From NCBI RefSeq assembly GCF_009914755.1, contig NC_060931.1: 64,000 nt of DNA. One strand, written 5' to 3'. The notes beneath the pieces are model-generated. The model was not told where the DNA came from. It ran no database searches and saw only the letters and a program-made list of their open reading frames with translations. The translations under genes were made by a program, and so were the position numbers. The DNA is from the human T2T-CHM13v2.0 reference genome, Homo sapiens. Below are positions 1-15,453 of the stretch, piece after piece. The number at the start of each line of letters is the position of its first letter. The stretch's first letter is position 1.

Positions 1-108
1 TATAAGTATCAAAGCCTGTAATTAACTATATTTTAAATGTAAACACAGTATTTTTTCCCTTATCCTAATTTATTGCCTTTCTATATTATAAAACAATTAG
101 GGCCTATT

Positions 109-708
109 GTGCTGACCCCGATTGACTCCTGTGGGGATGGCACTGTGTCCAAGAGGCCAAAGAAGAGACCTGGTGCCAGCAAACGAGATGTAGAGTTTAT
201 TGAGGACTTTTATATAGGGATGGTCCAGTGGCAGTGGGCTGGACAGGAACACTGCTATCATTTGTAAAAAGCATGTAGTATGGTCAGGCATGGTGACTCT
301 GGCCAGTAATCCCAGCACTATGGGAGGCCGGGTTGGGAGGATCGTTTGATGCCAGGAGTTTGAGACCAGCATGGGCAACAAAGTAAGACACCATCTCAAC
401 AACAACAAGAAAAATCATGCAATTTATATAGCATTTTCACTTAGCACCCTCCACCTCATAACCTCCACTTAGCAGCCTCCACCTAGCAAAACTCCATTTA
501 ACCCAAAACAAAGTGCCTCAGTTCCTTGCATGTCCTGCATTACAGGGAATGGCCCAGAGGTTCAAATGTCCTTCATAGATAAGGAGCGAGTCTCCAGGTT
601 GGCCACTTGCAATTTCTTATGTGGAGATTCTGACCAACACATTGTTCTTAGACCATAGAGTATCTCAGGCTGTGCTTCAGTTATTACTATCAGGTACGTC
701 TGCCATAT
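109..708 (-). mobile_element. ERV-type solo LTR (subfamily uncertain), interrupted by an Alu left monomer at ~284-410 (+)
   Basis: LTR-like motif ccaagaggccaaagaagagacc..ccagcaaacgagat..tttatt; FLAM-like Alu with a CAA tail inside. Confidence 0.55.
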
Positions 709-789
709 GGGCTTCTAGTAAAATATTTAGATATTCAGAAACATTGTAGAAAATATTATTTAGGAAAAATGAATATTTCATAATCCCAT

Positions 790-1155
790 ATTTTATGGAC
801 TGAATTGTGTCCTCTCAAAATCCATGTTGAAGCCCCAGTCCTCAGTACCTCAGAAGGTGACTGTATTTGGAGATAGAAGTGTGCCCTAACCCAGTCTGAC
901 CAGTATCCTTATAAGAAGAGGAAATTTGGACACACAAAGAAATACCAGGGATGCTCATATACGGAGGAAAAAACCACGTGAGAACACAGGGAAAGCGGCC
1001 ATCTGCAAGCCAAGGAGAGGGGCCTCAGAAAAAAACAAACCAGCTGACACCTTGATCTTGGACTTCTCGCCTCCAGATCTGTGAGAAAATAAATGTCTGT
1101 TCAACCCACCCGTTCTGTGGTACCTCGTTATTGCAGCCCTGGCAAGCTCATACAC
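790..1155 (+). mobile_element. MaLR LTR, MLT1B-like
   Basis: atggactgaattgtgtcc..cagtacctcagaa.gtgactgtatttggagatag..gacaccttgatcttggacttc..gtgagaaaataaat. Confidence 0.85.
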
Positions 1156-1369
1156 TACTCCTCCAGATTCTTCCAGATTTTTTCTATGTGCAGACTAGCA
1201 AATGGCACAACTTCCTTTTATAGAAATGTATTTCTTCAACAGATATTTATTAAATACCTACTATCTTCAGGGAATAGATACATTGGTGAACAAAAAGTTC
1301 CTACTGAAATGAAATCATACCAAATGTACAAAAACTGCTTGCTCTTTTCACTTAAAAAATATATCTTGA

Positions 1370-2341
<972 letters not shown>

Positions 2342-2548
2342 GATAACTATGATTTCTTGAGGGCTTTGTATGTTCCAGGGACTGGGATAAACACTTTGCT
2401 TACGTTGTCTTGGAGTACTTATCTTACAGATGAGATGATAGACGTGCAAGCCTTGTGGGAACACTAAAACTCAAGTGAAATACAAAGGGGTTTCTCCCCA
2501 CAGCTGCAGGTCATGGGTTCACCACCAGCCTAAAGCCTGGAAAGAGTC

Positions 2549-2958
2549 TTTCTTTTCTTTTCTTTTCTTTTCTTTCTCTTTCTCTTTCTCTTTCTTTCTT
2601 TTCTTTCTTTCTCTTTCTTTCTTTCTTTTTCAGATGGAATTCCACTCTGTGGCCCAGACTGGAGTGCAGTGGTGTGATCTTGGCTCACTGCAACCTCCGC
2701 CTCCCAGGTTGAAGTGATTCTCCCACCTCAGCGTCCCAAGCAGCTGTTATTACAGGCATGCACCATCACACCCAACTAATTTTTGTATTTTTAGTAGAAA
2801 TGGGGTTTCGCCATGTTGCCCAGGCTGGTCTCGAACTCCTGACTTCAAGTGATCCACCCCTCTCAGCCTCCCAATGTGCTGGGATTACAGGCTGTTGCTC
2901 CAGCCTGGGCAACAGAGCGAGACTCTGGCTCAAAAAAAAAAGAAAAAGAAAAAAAGAA
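2549..2958. mobile_element. AluS (-; CT-rich tail 2549-2630) fused to the 3' end of a sense Alu (2898-2958)
   Basis: Junction ggattacaggc-tgttg-ctccagcctgggcaacagagcgagactc-An. Confidence 0.88.
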
Positions 2959-3790
2959 ATCAAGTGTCCTGACTTTCAGTTAATCTTTACCACCCTTGTA
3001 CTATTACACCTATATATGTATATATAATTTTAGGTACAGTTTAATATACACTGAGTTTTCCAGGGGTATGACTAATGTCTAAACAGAAGGAATGTTGCAC
3101 CCTGTTGTACCATGTTGTATTTGGAATTTACCAACTGACAGCAGCACTGCTCTGGGTCCTGAGTCACCCATGCAACACATCTGCCACATCCCCTGCTTTG
3201 GGCTCCTTTATGATGCCTTAATGGAGTTGTGCACAAACACTTATGTATCAAAATACATATTTTGCTGTGGAGTATCTTCCTTTTATTTTCTATATTACAA
3301 TCAAGGCCTTATAACTTTTTAAAAATCATGTGTGTAGGTAAGTTATATTGTCTATAAACTTCACTTCAAGGCAGTACAGGGAGCATTACAATATATTCGT
3401 TATGAAAAGGGGTGCTGTGTCTAAAAACCCTGCTTTAAAGATAACTTAGAATAAAATTTAGAAAACAAAAACTTTTGTATATATCCTTACTACTTTTTAG
3501 TTTTTTAAAATCACGATTTAATCTCATTTAGTTTTCTTGGCCAATTGGCTCCAATTCATTCTTAGTCTCATCTGGTTTCCGGGACTTGTTAATAACAGTC
3601 GCTCCCAACCCCTATATAGTTGTCACTCTGAGGTGTTAAAATTTCTCCAGTCTTCCTTTTGCTCCAGCCTAAACTTTTAATTAACATATTTCTGTGGACT
3701 ATTTAGTTCTGAAAAGCTAGTATTACTTAGTCCTTCTTTGTACATGTTGTAGGCTTGAAAGCTTGACAAAGTTTAGAAGAAGGAAAAATG

Positions 3791-4078
3791 GGCCGGACGT
3801 GGTGGCTCACGCCTGTAATCCCAACACTTTAGGAGGCTGAGGCGGGTGGATCACCTGAGGTCAGGAGTTCAAGAACAGCCTGGCCAACATGGTGAAACCC
3901 CGTTTCTACTAAAAATACAAAAATTAGCTGGGCTTGGTGGCGTGTGCCTGTAATCCCAGCTACTCAGGTGGCTGAGGCAGGAGATCGCTTGTTGCAGTGA
4001 AACCAGATCTCATCATTCATCATTGTACTCCAGCGTGGGCAACAAGAGGGAGACTCCATCTCAAAAAAAAAAAAAAAA
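3791..4078 (+). mobile_element. AluS with a small internal deletion
   Basis: Alu consensus, A-tail, and flanking aagaaggaaaaa repeat (TSD). Confidence 0.92.
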
Positions 4079-4381
4079 GAATAACAAGAAGGAAAAAATG
4101 GGAGCTACCCCCCACACACTGCACAGTAGTCGCAGGAAACACCACAGTGTTTCTTTCCTAATAATGGAAGTTCCGTCTCAAAGGAGAAGACTTTGATACA
4201 TGTATCAAGTATGTGGATATTTGCTTAGTACTAACGTTGTTTACATCCACTTACTTGGTCTTATTAACAGATTAAGCAAAGCTTCCTGTTTATTCCCTTG
4301 CCTGCTTCCTTCTGAGTTTTAAAGAAATCACACTTGATTTTAGAATTTACTTTAAAAATGTAAACAATATATAATTTTAGG

Positions 4382-4682
4382 TTTTTTTTTTTCTTTTTTT
4401 TGGAGACAGAGTCTTTATCTGTCGCCCAAGCTGGAGTGCAGTGGCATGATCTTGGCTCACTGCAACCTCCGTCTTCCGGGTTCAACAATTCTCCTGCCTC
4501 AGCCTCCTGAATAGCTTGGATTACAGGCATGCATTACCACACCCGGATTATTTTTGTATTTTTAGTAGAGACAGGTTTTGCCATGTTAGCCAGGCTGGTC
4601 TCGAACTCGTGGCCTCAAGCCATCCACCTGCCTTGACCTCCCAAAGTGCTGGGATTACAGGTGTGAGCCACCACACCTGGCT
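4382..4682 (-). mobile_element. AluS
   Basis: Alu consensus; aattttag flanks both ends. Confidence 0.92.
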
Positions 4683-4932
4683 AATTTTAGTTTCAATTTA
4701 AAACAAAGGCTTTTTATTATAAAATAAGTCACATACTAACTTTAGAAATTATTCATTTACCTTACAGATTGATGAAGTTTTGAAAAACAATGTTAACAAA
4801 TAAAAATTTTTACTATGTAGTTTTCTGTATAGCTATTTCAGTGCCCCCATGAACACATGTGTTTTAGAATATGAACTCTAAAGTTAAAGTTTAAAAAGCT
4901 TCATTGGCTGGGTATGAAGAAATGCTTGAGCA

Positions 4933-5119
4933 TTTCTCCCACCTCAGCCTCCCAAGTAGCTGGGACTACAGGCATGCACCACCACGCCTGGCTAATTTTT
5001 TTAATTTTTGTAGAGACAGGGTTTCACTAGGCTGGTCTCAAACTCCTGAGCTCAAGCAATCCTCCTACCTTGGCCTCTCACAGAGCTGGGATTACAGGTG
5101 TGAGCCACTGCACCCAGCC
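4933..5119 (-). mobile_element. AluJ fragment
   Basis: Partial Alu consensus. Confidence 0.85.
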
Positions 5120-6035
5120 TGAGACTGTATTTTTAAATGTGAAGGTAGGAGTTCTGTATTTAAATTTGTATTTCTCATAACTATTACTAATAGAAAGATA
5201 ATCCATTAATCCATTTTGATCACTAATTCTGTTCTGAGCTTTTGTGCTTTCCGTAATTAAAGGTAATTTGCTTAAGTATCTGACATCTCCATTACAAAAT
5301 GCTCTCCAGTTCCCAGGAGGCCCCAGGAGACTTATGAAGGGCAATTCCAGGAATGCAGCTGCAGCAAGACCAAAGGAGCTGCAGGCAGTCGCATTTAGGA
5401 AACTGTGGTCTTATTTCAAGAAACAATGCTTAGAGGCGGTAGACAGATGATAAGGTCACACACTTCACCACAAGAGACGGAGACTATGACTCACCGAAAG
5501 TCCCTTTCCAAAAACCTTGGGACTTAGAGGAAGAAAACAACTGACATGTGTCATAATAAAATATGTACGTGTTATGGTTTACAGTGTGTGATTGCAGAAA
5601 TAGCAAAATACAGAACACAAGGGAATGTAATTTGAGTACAGCCCAGCCATATCAATAGGAAAATCATAAGAGTGTATACATAAGTCATTACTGAATGCAT
5701 GCTATATATTAAGTATTTAGTACATTAAGTATTTACTAAGCCATTGCACTAAACATAATACACAAAATAATACCGTTAAGATTCCCAACACAACTTAAAT
5801 GGTAATCTTTTTAATTAATGGAGATATTTTAAAACAGATAATCATTTAATCTTAGAGTTGTCATGAAATTAAATTATTTTTTTAAAGATGCTTATTGAGT
5901 ACTTAAGATATGTCAGATAATTGCTAAGGGTTTTATATGGACTATGTTATTTTATTCTCATAAAGTGGCAATATGATCCCTATTTTACAGATAAAGAGCT
6001 AAGAGGATAAACCCACATCTGCCTGACTCCAATGC

Positions 6036-6389
6036 TGTTGAGTATCACTTATCCAAAATGCTTAGGACCAGAAATTCAGAATTCAGATGTTTTTTTAATT
6101 TAGGGATATTTGCATAAACATAATGAGATAAAGATATTTCATTATGTAGGACCCAAGTCTAAACATGACATTCATTTATGTTTCATATGTGCCTTATACA
6201 CATAGCTTTAAGGCCATTTTATACACTATTTTAAATAATTTTGTGCATGAAAAAAAGTTTTGACTGCCACCCATCACATGAAGTCAGATCTGGAACTTTC
6301 CACCTGTGGCATCATATTGGCACTGAAAAGCTTTCAGATTTTGGAGAATTTTGGATTTCAGATTTTTGGATTAGGGACACTCAACCTGT
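6036..6389. mobile_element. Tigger4/MER46-like TcMar DNA transposon
   Basis: Termini gttgagtatcacttatccaaaatgctt ... ggattagggacactcaacctg-ta form inverted repeats. Confidence 0.8.
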
Positions 6390-6468
6390 AATAATATCTT
6401 ACCTTGGCTGCCCTTCTTTCCCTTTCTTCCTTTCCCACTTCTCTATCACATTTCCTGAGATCACCTAC

Positions 6469-6843
6469 TGTATTAGTTTGCTAGGGCTGTCATAACAGAA
6501 ACTGCAGACTGGGTGGCTGGGTGGCTTAAACAATAGACATTTATTTTCTCACAGTTCTGGAGGCTGGGAAGTCCAAGATGAAGGTGTTGGCAGGCTTGGT
6601 TCCTTCTGAGGCCTCTCTCCTTGACTTACAGACGGCTGCCTTCTTGTGTCTTCACATGGTCATCTCTTTGTGTGCACATGTGTTGGGGTGTCTCTTTCTG
6701 TGTCCAAACTCCTCTTCTTACAAGAATACCAGTCAGACCGGATTAAGGCCCACCCTAAGGACCTCATTTTAACTTAGTAACCTTTTAGAATACCTTTGGG
6801 TCTTCAATTTATTGGTGGGGGGGACACAATTCAGTGCAAAACA
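6469..6843 (-). mobile_element. MaLR LTR, MLT1-like
   Basis: tgtattagtttgctagggctgtcataaca..ctcacagttctggaggctgggaagtccaagat. Confidence 0.85.
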
Positions 6844-7073
6844 CCTATCAAATAAACCACCTCACTTGAAATTTTGTTTCAGCATTGGCCTGGGAAACAC
6901 AAGATAAAACATGGAGGATACTGTTCGACACATAGTACTAAATACTTTTTAAGCATTTTTTATGGGTCTGGTCCACTGACAATGTATTCTCTTAGTTTTC
7001 ATTTATCTTAAAATGCCTTTTATTTCCCTTTTATTCTTTTTTTATTCCCTTTTGTTCTTGAAGGATTTTTTAA

Positions 7074-7952
7074 AATAGACTTTATTTTTTGGAGAAGTTT
7101 AAGTTCACAGCAAAATTGAACAGAAGATTCAGACAGTTCCCAGATACCTCCTGCCCCCACACATGCATAGACTCCCCCATTATCAACGTCCACCACCGGA
7201 TTGGTACATATGTTACAATTACCAAACTTACATTGATACGTTATTATCTCCGACAGTCCACAGTTTACATTAGCATTCACTTGGTGTTGTACATTCTATA
7301 GGTTTTGACAAATGTATAATGACATGTATCTACCATTATAGTATCACACAGAGTATTTCCACTGCCCTAAAAAATGCTCTGTGTTCTACCTATTCATCCC
7401 TCTCTCCCTACCTAATTCCTGGCAACCACTGATCTTTTTACACTTATGTATTTTTGCCTTTTCCGGAATGTCACATACTGTAGTTGGAATCATACATTAT
7501 GTAGCCTTTTCAGATTAGCTTCTTTCACTTGGCAATATGCATTTAAGTTTTCTCCATATCTTTATATGGCTTGATAGCTCATTTCTTTTTAGCACTGAAT
7601 ATTTCATAGTTGATATTTCACAGTCATTTTATCCATTCACCTACTAAAGGACTTCTTGGTTTCTTCCAGTTTTCAGCAATTATGAGTAAAGCTGCAATAA
7701 ACATCTTTGTGCATGTTTTTGCATGAACATAGTTTTCAACTCCTTTGGGTAAATATCAAAAAGTACAATTGCTGGATCATATGGTAAGAGTATGTTTAGT
7801 CCTTAAAGAAACCACCAAACTATCTTCCAGAGTTGCTCTACCATTTTGCATTCTTACAAGCAATAAATGAAAGTTCCTGTGGCTTCATATCCTCATCAGT
7901 ATTTAGTGTCATCTATTTGTAGTAGTAATTCACTGTTTTAATTGGCATTTCC
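7074..7952 (-). mobile_element. Old L1 3' end (L1MC-like)
   Basis: agactttatttttt..ttcacagcaaaattgaacagaa..; gctggatcatatggtaagagtatgtttag. Confidence 0.8.
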
Positions 7953-7988
7953 TTAGGGATATTTTTGCTATATGTAAAATGTGAGATA

Positions 7989-8178
7989 CAGATGCTCCTC
8001 AACTTACCATGGCGTTATAAACCCATGATAAATTTATCTGTGATGGATTTAACCCATGGCAAACCCATTACAAATCAAAAATATCACAAGTCAAAAATGC
8101 ACATACTACCACCCAATAAAGCCGTAGTAAAGTCAAAAAATCACAAGTTGAAGCATCATATGTAGGCAACCATATGTA
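7989..8178. mobile_element. MER47/Tigger5-like MITE
   Basis: ta-cagatgctcctcaacttaccatgg terminus; aagtcaaaaa motifs. Confidence 0.7.
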
Positions 8179-8199
8179 ATTTTACTAGATATGAAATAG

Positions 8200-8736
8200 A
8201 TACAGAATTCTAAGTTTTATCCTTTTAGTGCTTTAAACATATGATTCATTACCTTGTGGCTTCTAGTAAGAAGTCAGCTGTTTATGTGTCATTGTTATCC
8301 TGTCTACAATGTGCTGCTTTTTCTGGCTCTTTTAAATACTTTTTTACTTTTGTTTTCAGTAGTTTCATTACAACGTGCCTAGATGTAGTTCTCTTTGCAC
8401 TTATCCTGCTTAGAGCTTGCCAAAATCATATATTTCACCAAATTCGGAAACACTTTGGCCATTATTTCTTTAAATTTTTGGTCATTCTCTCTCTACTGGG
8501 ACTCCAGTTACACATATTTAAACCTCTTAATGCTGTTTAACAAGTCACTGGGACTCTGCTCATTTTCTCCCAGGCTTTCTTCTCTGTTTTTTTCAGATTG
8601 GATAATTTCTATTGATCTATTTTCAAGGGTACTAGTTCTTTCTTCTTTTATCTCCAATCTACAGTTAAGCCTATCTAGTGAATTTTTAAATATCAGATAC
8701 TTTAATATCTAGCTCTATAATTTCCATTTGGTTATT

Positions 8737-8767
<31 letters not shown>

Positions 8768-10160
8768 GAGACAGAGTCTCGCTTTGTCACCCAGGCTGCA
8801 GTGCAGTGGCACAATCTTGGCTCACTGCCACCTCTAAGTCCTGGGTTCGAGTTATTCATGTGCCTCAGCCTTCCGAGTAGCTGGAATTGCAGGTGCCTGC
8901 CACCATGCCCAGCTAATTGTTGTATTTTTAGTAGAGATGGGGTTTTACCATGTAGGCCAGTGCCACCACGCCCAGCTAATTTTTGTATTTTTAGTAGAGA
9001 TGGAGTTTCACCATGTAGGGCAGTCTGGTCTTGAACTCCTGGCCTCAAGTGATCCGCCTGCCCTGGCCTCTCAAGGTGCTGGGTTTACAGGCATGAGCCA
9101 CTGTGCCTGGCCTTTTATGGGTGCAAGAAATCCTCCTGCCTCAGCCCCCAAGTAGCTGGGACTACAGTCACGCACCACCATGGCCAGCTAATTTTTTGTA
9201 TCTAAAGAGACAGGGTTTTGCCACATTGCCCAGTCTGGTCTCAAACTTCTGAGCTTAAGCAATCTGCCCACCCCAGCCGCCCAAAATACTGGAAATTACA
9301 GGCATGAGCCACCGCATCCAGCCTGGTTATTTCTTTACGGTTTGTTTCTCTGCTGAGATTTCCTATATGTTCATTCATTTAAATTATGTTTTCTTTTACA
9401 TCCTTAGGTATAGTTAGGATAACTGCCTTAAAATCTTTGCTAATTACAATATATGAAGCATTCTGTGGTTGGTCTCTAGTGATTGTCTTTTCCTTAGAGT
9501 GTTGGTTGATCACATTTTCCTGTTTCTTCTTATGTCTAGTAATTTGGGGTTGTATCCTGGACATGGTCAGTGAATGATAAATTGGAGAAACTCTGAACTC
9601 TGTTATGTTCTTCTCAAGAGTATTAATTTTTGTTGTAGTAGACAGATAACTTTTCAGAACTCAAACTCCAAACTCTACCCCCTCTATGTTGGGCAGTAGC
9701 TGAAATCTTTGTTCCATTCTTTTAGCCATGTATGGGCTTCTCAGGTTCTGCCCTGCACAGGGATAGTGCAGGAATCAGCCAGATTTCCAAGTAGATTTTA
9801 TATTCACAAACTGGGGCTCCTCATCTGTGGCTTTCTCCTTTCTAGAATCTTCTCCCTCACATTCCAGCTGTGGTTGCTCCAAACTCTGACTCTTAATACA
9901 TAACCTGTATGATTATGAGTCTGTGAGTATTAGCTACCCGGTGCAAGCCTTGCTGGAGCCCACCCTCAGGTAAAGAGTCATAAGAAATGGAAAAACTCAC
10001 CCAATGCCTTTCTTTTCCTCTAAATTTGATTCCTTTCCATTTTCTGCCTACTTTGGTCCCTTCTCAATGCCTTCATTTATTTTTTATTGCTTTGTTCAGA
10101 GTTTATAAGTATTACTTGTGGAATGGTTGGTCTGATACATGCTACTCTCCCATTAATGGA
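8200..10160 (-). mobile_element. Degenerate L1M 5'/ORF1 region interrupted by Alus (8741-9112, 9118-9323, both -)
   Basis: T-rich L1M antisense character (ttcagattggataatttctattgatctat); the minus-strand peptide MSRIQPQITRHKKKQEN resembles the L1 ORF1 N-terminus. Confidence 0.65.
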
Positions 10161-10172
10161 AGTAGAACCTCA

Positions 10173-10460
10173 TTTTTTTTTTTTGAGACAGTCTCACTCT
10201 TGTTGCCCAGGCTGGAGTACAATGGCGTGACCTTGGTTCACTGCAACCTCCTGGGTTCAAGCAATTCTCCCTCCTCAGCCTTCCAAGTAGCTAGGATTAC
10301 ATGTGCCCGCCACCATGCCTGGCTAATTTTTTGTATTTTTAGTAGAGATGGGCTTTCACCATGTGGGCCAGGCTGATCTCAAACTTCTGAGCTCAAGCAA
10401 TCCACCTGCCTTGGCCTCCCAAAGTGCTGGGATTACAGGTGTCAGCCACCGTGCCCAGCC
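10173..10460 (-). mobile_element. AluS
   Basis: Alu consensus; TSD agaacctc on both sides. Confidence 0.92.
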
Positions 10461-11758
10461 AGAACCTCGTTTTTTTAACCAAGAAAAATCTGCTCCATAT
10501 TTAGACATTTGTATCATATTGATATATTTAAATAAACCTGATTGCTCCAGGTTATGATGTTACGCTTTGGTTTGTTTTTGTTTTTGTTTTTAATCTTTTA
10601 GAGATAAACTTTTTGAAAGGAGGACTATGTTCCCCCTCATGTTGTGGTGTTCTTTTCTAACTTCTCCGCTGAAAAAAGTAACCAGGCAACCTCTTCTCCA
10701 GAACCTCCACACTAATAGGACTTCTGCTTGTTCTGATTTACCCTTCAATTCTATTTCCGTGGATAAGTGAGTAGAAACATTATAGACTAGGGATTTTTTT
10801 TTCCAAGGTTAAGGACATTGCTGGGAACATTTCCAAGCATCACATTCAATTATTCTGTTTTTATTGATGAGGATTTTGTCCAGCGTTTTTCTGGAGGTTT
10901 GAACAGTAAGTTTCTGAGTTAAGGGGATTTGAGTTCACATCCAGTGTCATAATCTGAAAGGAAAAAGGATTGTCATTCTGGGACGTATGCCAGAAGAGCT
11001 GGTAAACACTGCAGAGAGACCCAAACAGGCCACACAGTCAACTCAGTCAAGAAGGCTTTATGTGCCAAACTATGCTGGCCTAGGGGAAAAGACATTAAAG
11101 TATACTACAAATGGCTTTTAAAAAACAATTTTATTAAGATATAATTTACATATCAAATTATGTATTTTTAACAATGAATAATATCTGAATGAATGAATAA
11201 AGAGCTCTGTAAACAACTCTCTCAGTAACTACTCAATTGCAGATAAAGAGGGAAATGGTGCCTTCATCTCCTCCTCCCAAGTACAATGACTGGAGATGCC
11301 CTTGTACATATTCAAACTCTGTGGTGGCATACAACATGGGTGAGTTTCAAGCCTAGAATGATGAGTTTAAAAATGAAAAGAATAGAGATTCAGCACTCAA
11401 GGAACTCATTTGGAAGCTGTCCTTCATCAAGCCTTCTTGAGATGAGAAGAAATCATCTCTGCTTTTTTTCTGGTCAAGTCTATATACAGCAGATATATAC
11501 AGCAGTTATTTCTTTCTCTAATTCCAGCAGCTAAATTTCAGACCTAATCATTAATTTTCTCCATTGGCTATGCCTTTTTCTTGATATCTGGTCTTAACAA
11601 TAGAGCTACAAGAGACAAAGGCAGTCACACATGGTTGAATTCTCCATCATCAAACTAATTTTATTTTAGAGTTTGCAAAAGAGAGGCATTTATCACGTGG
11701 AACAGTTGAAAAGTAACAAAATAAAATCTTACCAGATTTGGCAATCTGTAAGTCACTT

Positions 11759-12100
11759 ATTTTTTTTTCTTTTTTTGGAGGCGGAGTCTCACTCTGTCAC
11801 GCAGGCTGGGGCGCAATGGCGTGATCTCGGCTCACTGCAACCTCCGCCTACCAATTGAACCAATTTGGTTCAAACAATTCTCCTGCCTCAGCCTCCCAGT
11901 TCTCCTGCCTCAGCCTCCCAGCCTCCCAAGTAGCTGGGATTACAGGCGCCCGTCACCACACCCAGCTAATTTTTGTATTTTTAGTAGAGACGAAGTTTCA
12001 CCATGTTGGCCAGGCTGGTCTTGAACTCCTAACCTCAGCCTCAGCCTCGCCTCAGCCTCCCAAAGTGCTAGGATTACAGGCATGAGCCACCATGCCCGGC
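11759..12100 (-). mobile_element. AluS with internal micro-duplications
   Basis: Alu consensus; TSD taagtcactt on both sides. Confidence 0.92.
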
Positions 12101-12806
12101 TTTAAGTCACTTCCAATAATAATTATTCCTCATTATGTAGCTTAAATGTTTACTTCTCCTTAACAACTTTCCTAACCCTGTTTACCTCACTCCCTGACTC
12201 AGGCACCATTTTCTGTGCTCCCTGTGCATATTTACATTAAATTACTTATGACGTTACGTGAAAAGTGCCTATTTACTTACCTCTCTTCCCCGTTAGACAA
12301 TCTGCTCCTTGAGGATATGCTCTGTCTCTCACTTGACTTTGTATCTTGGCCCTTAGGTCAGTACCTAGAATAAAATAGATACTCAACACATGCTTGTTGA
12401 ATAAATAAATGAATACAAGACACAACTAATATAGGAAAAATAACTAACATGTTAAGTAAACAGGCCATGTCCACAAAAATTTCAAGGGAAAGATTTTAGA
12501 AGCAAATATGATTTGACATCTCTGAAACTGACTTTCTTTCTCTTGTAATTTGTGCTTGCAATTTAAATTTGTACCTGGACTTTTAAAAGACATTTCTGTG
12601 ATAAGTCATGATGACTATGGCATTTGCCATCATTTAACAGATTAGAAATACAAGGCTTGTCCCTTAAAGGAAATCATTTTTGAACTGTGGCTTCTTCATA
12701 GTAAAAAAAGATTCTACTAAAATCTTTAGAAATGTAAAAGAAAATATTTAGCCTAGTAACGCTTTCTCTCATTATTCATGATGTGCTACATAATCAACTC
12801 TATTCA

Positions 12807-14833
<2,027 letters not shown>

Positions 14834-14922
14834 ATCCTCACTCTGCCACTTGCTAGGCTTCTCAGAGCCTCAGTTTCTTCATTCGTAAATGAGGTGATAA
14901 TAGTAGTTTCTATGTTGAAGTG

Positions 14923-15453
14923 TTTTTTTGTTTTGTTTTTTTGTTTTTGTTTTTGTTTGAAATGGAGTCTCGCTCTGTTGCCCAGGCTGGAATGCAGTGG
15001 CACAATCTCAGCTCACTGCAACCTCCGCCTCCCAAGTTCAAGAGATTCTCCTGCCTCAGCCTCTTGAGAGCTGGGACTATAGGCATGTGCCACCACGCCT
15101 GGCCAGTTTTTGTATTTTTAGTAGAGACGGGTTGCTCTTATATTAAGTTAGTAATTATAAGAAGTTATTACCTCCTATAATTATAGAATTATAGTAAGTT
15201 AATTAACTCTCATAGTAAGTTAGTAGAGACCAGTAGACACTGGTGTTTTTATTTATTTATTTTTTATTGTTTTTATTTATTTTATTTATTTTGTATTTAT
15301 TTATTTATTTATTTTTGGGATGGAGTCTCCCTCTGTCGTCCAGGCTGGAGTGCATGTTGGCCAGGCTGGTCTTGGACTCCTGACCTCAGGTGATCCACCC
15401 ACCTCGGCCTCCCAAAGTGCTGGGATTACAGGCGTCAGCCACCGTGCCCGGCC
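14923..15453 (-). mobile_element. AluS split by a ~220-bp insertion (15134-15354)
   Basis: The consensus stops at gtagagacgggtt and resumes at catgttggccaggctgg; tgaagtgtt flanks both ends. Confidence 0.9.
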
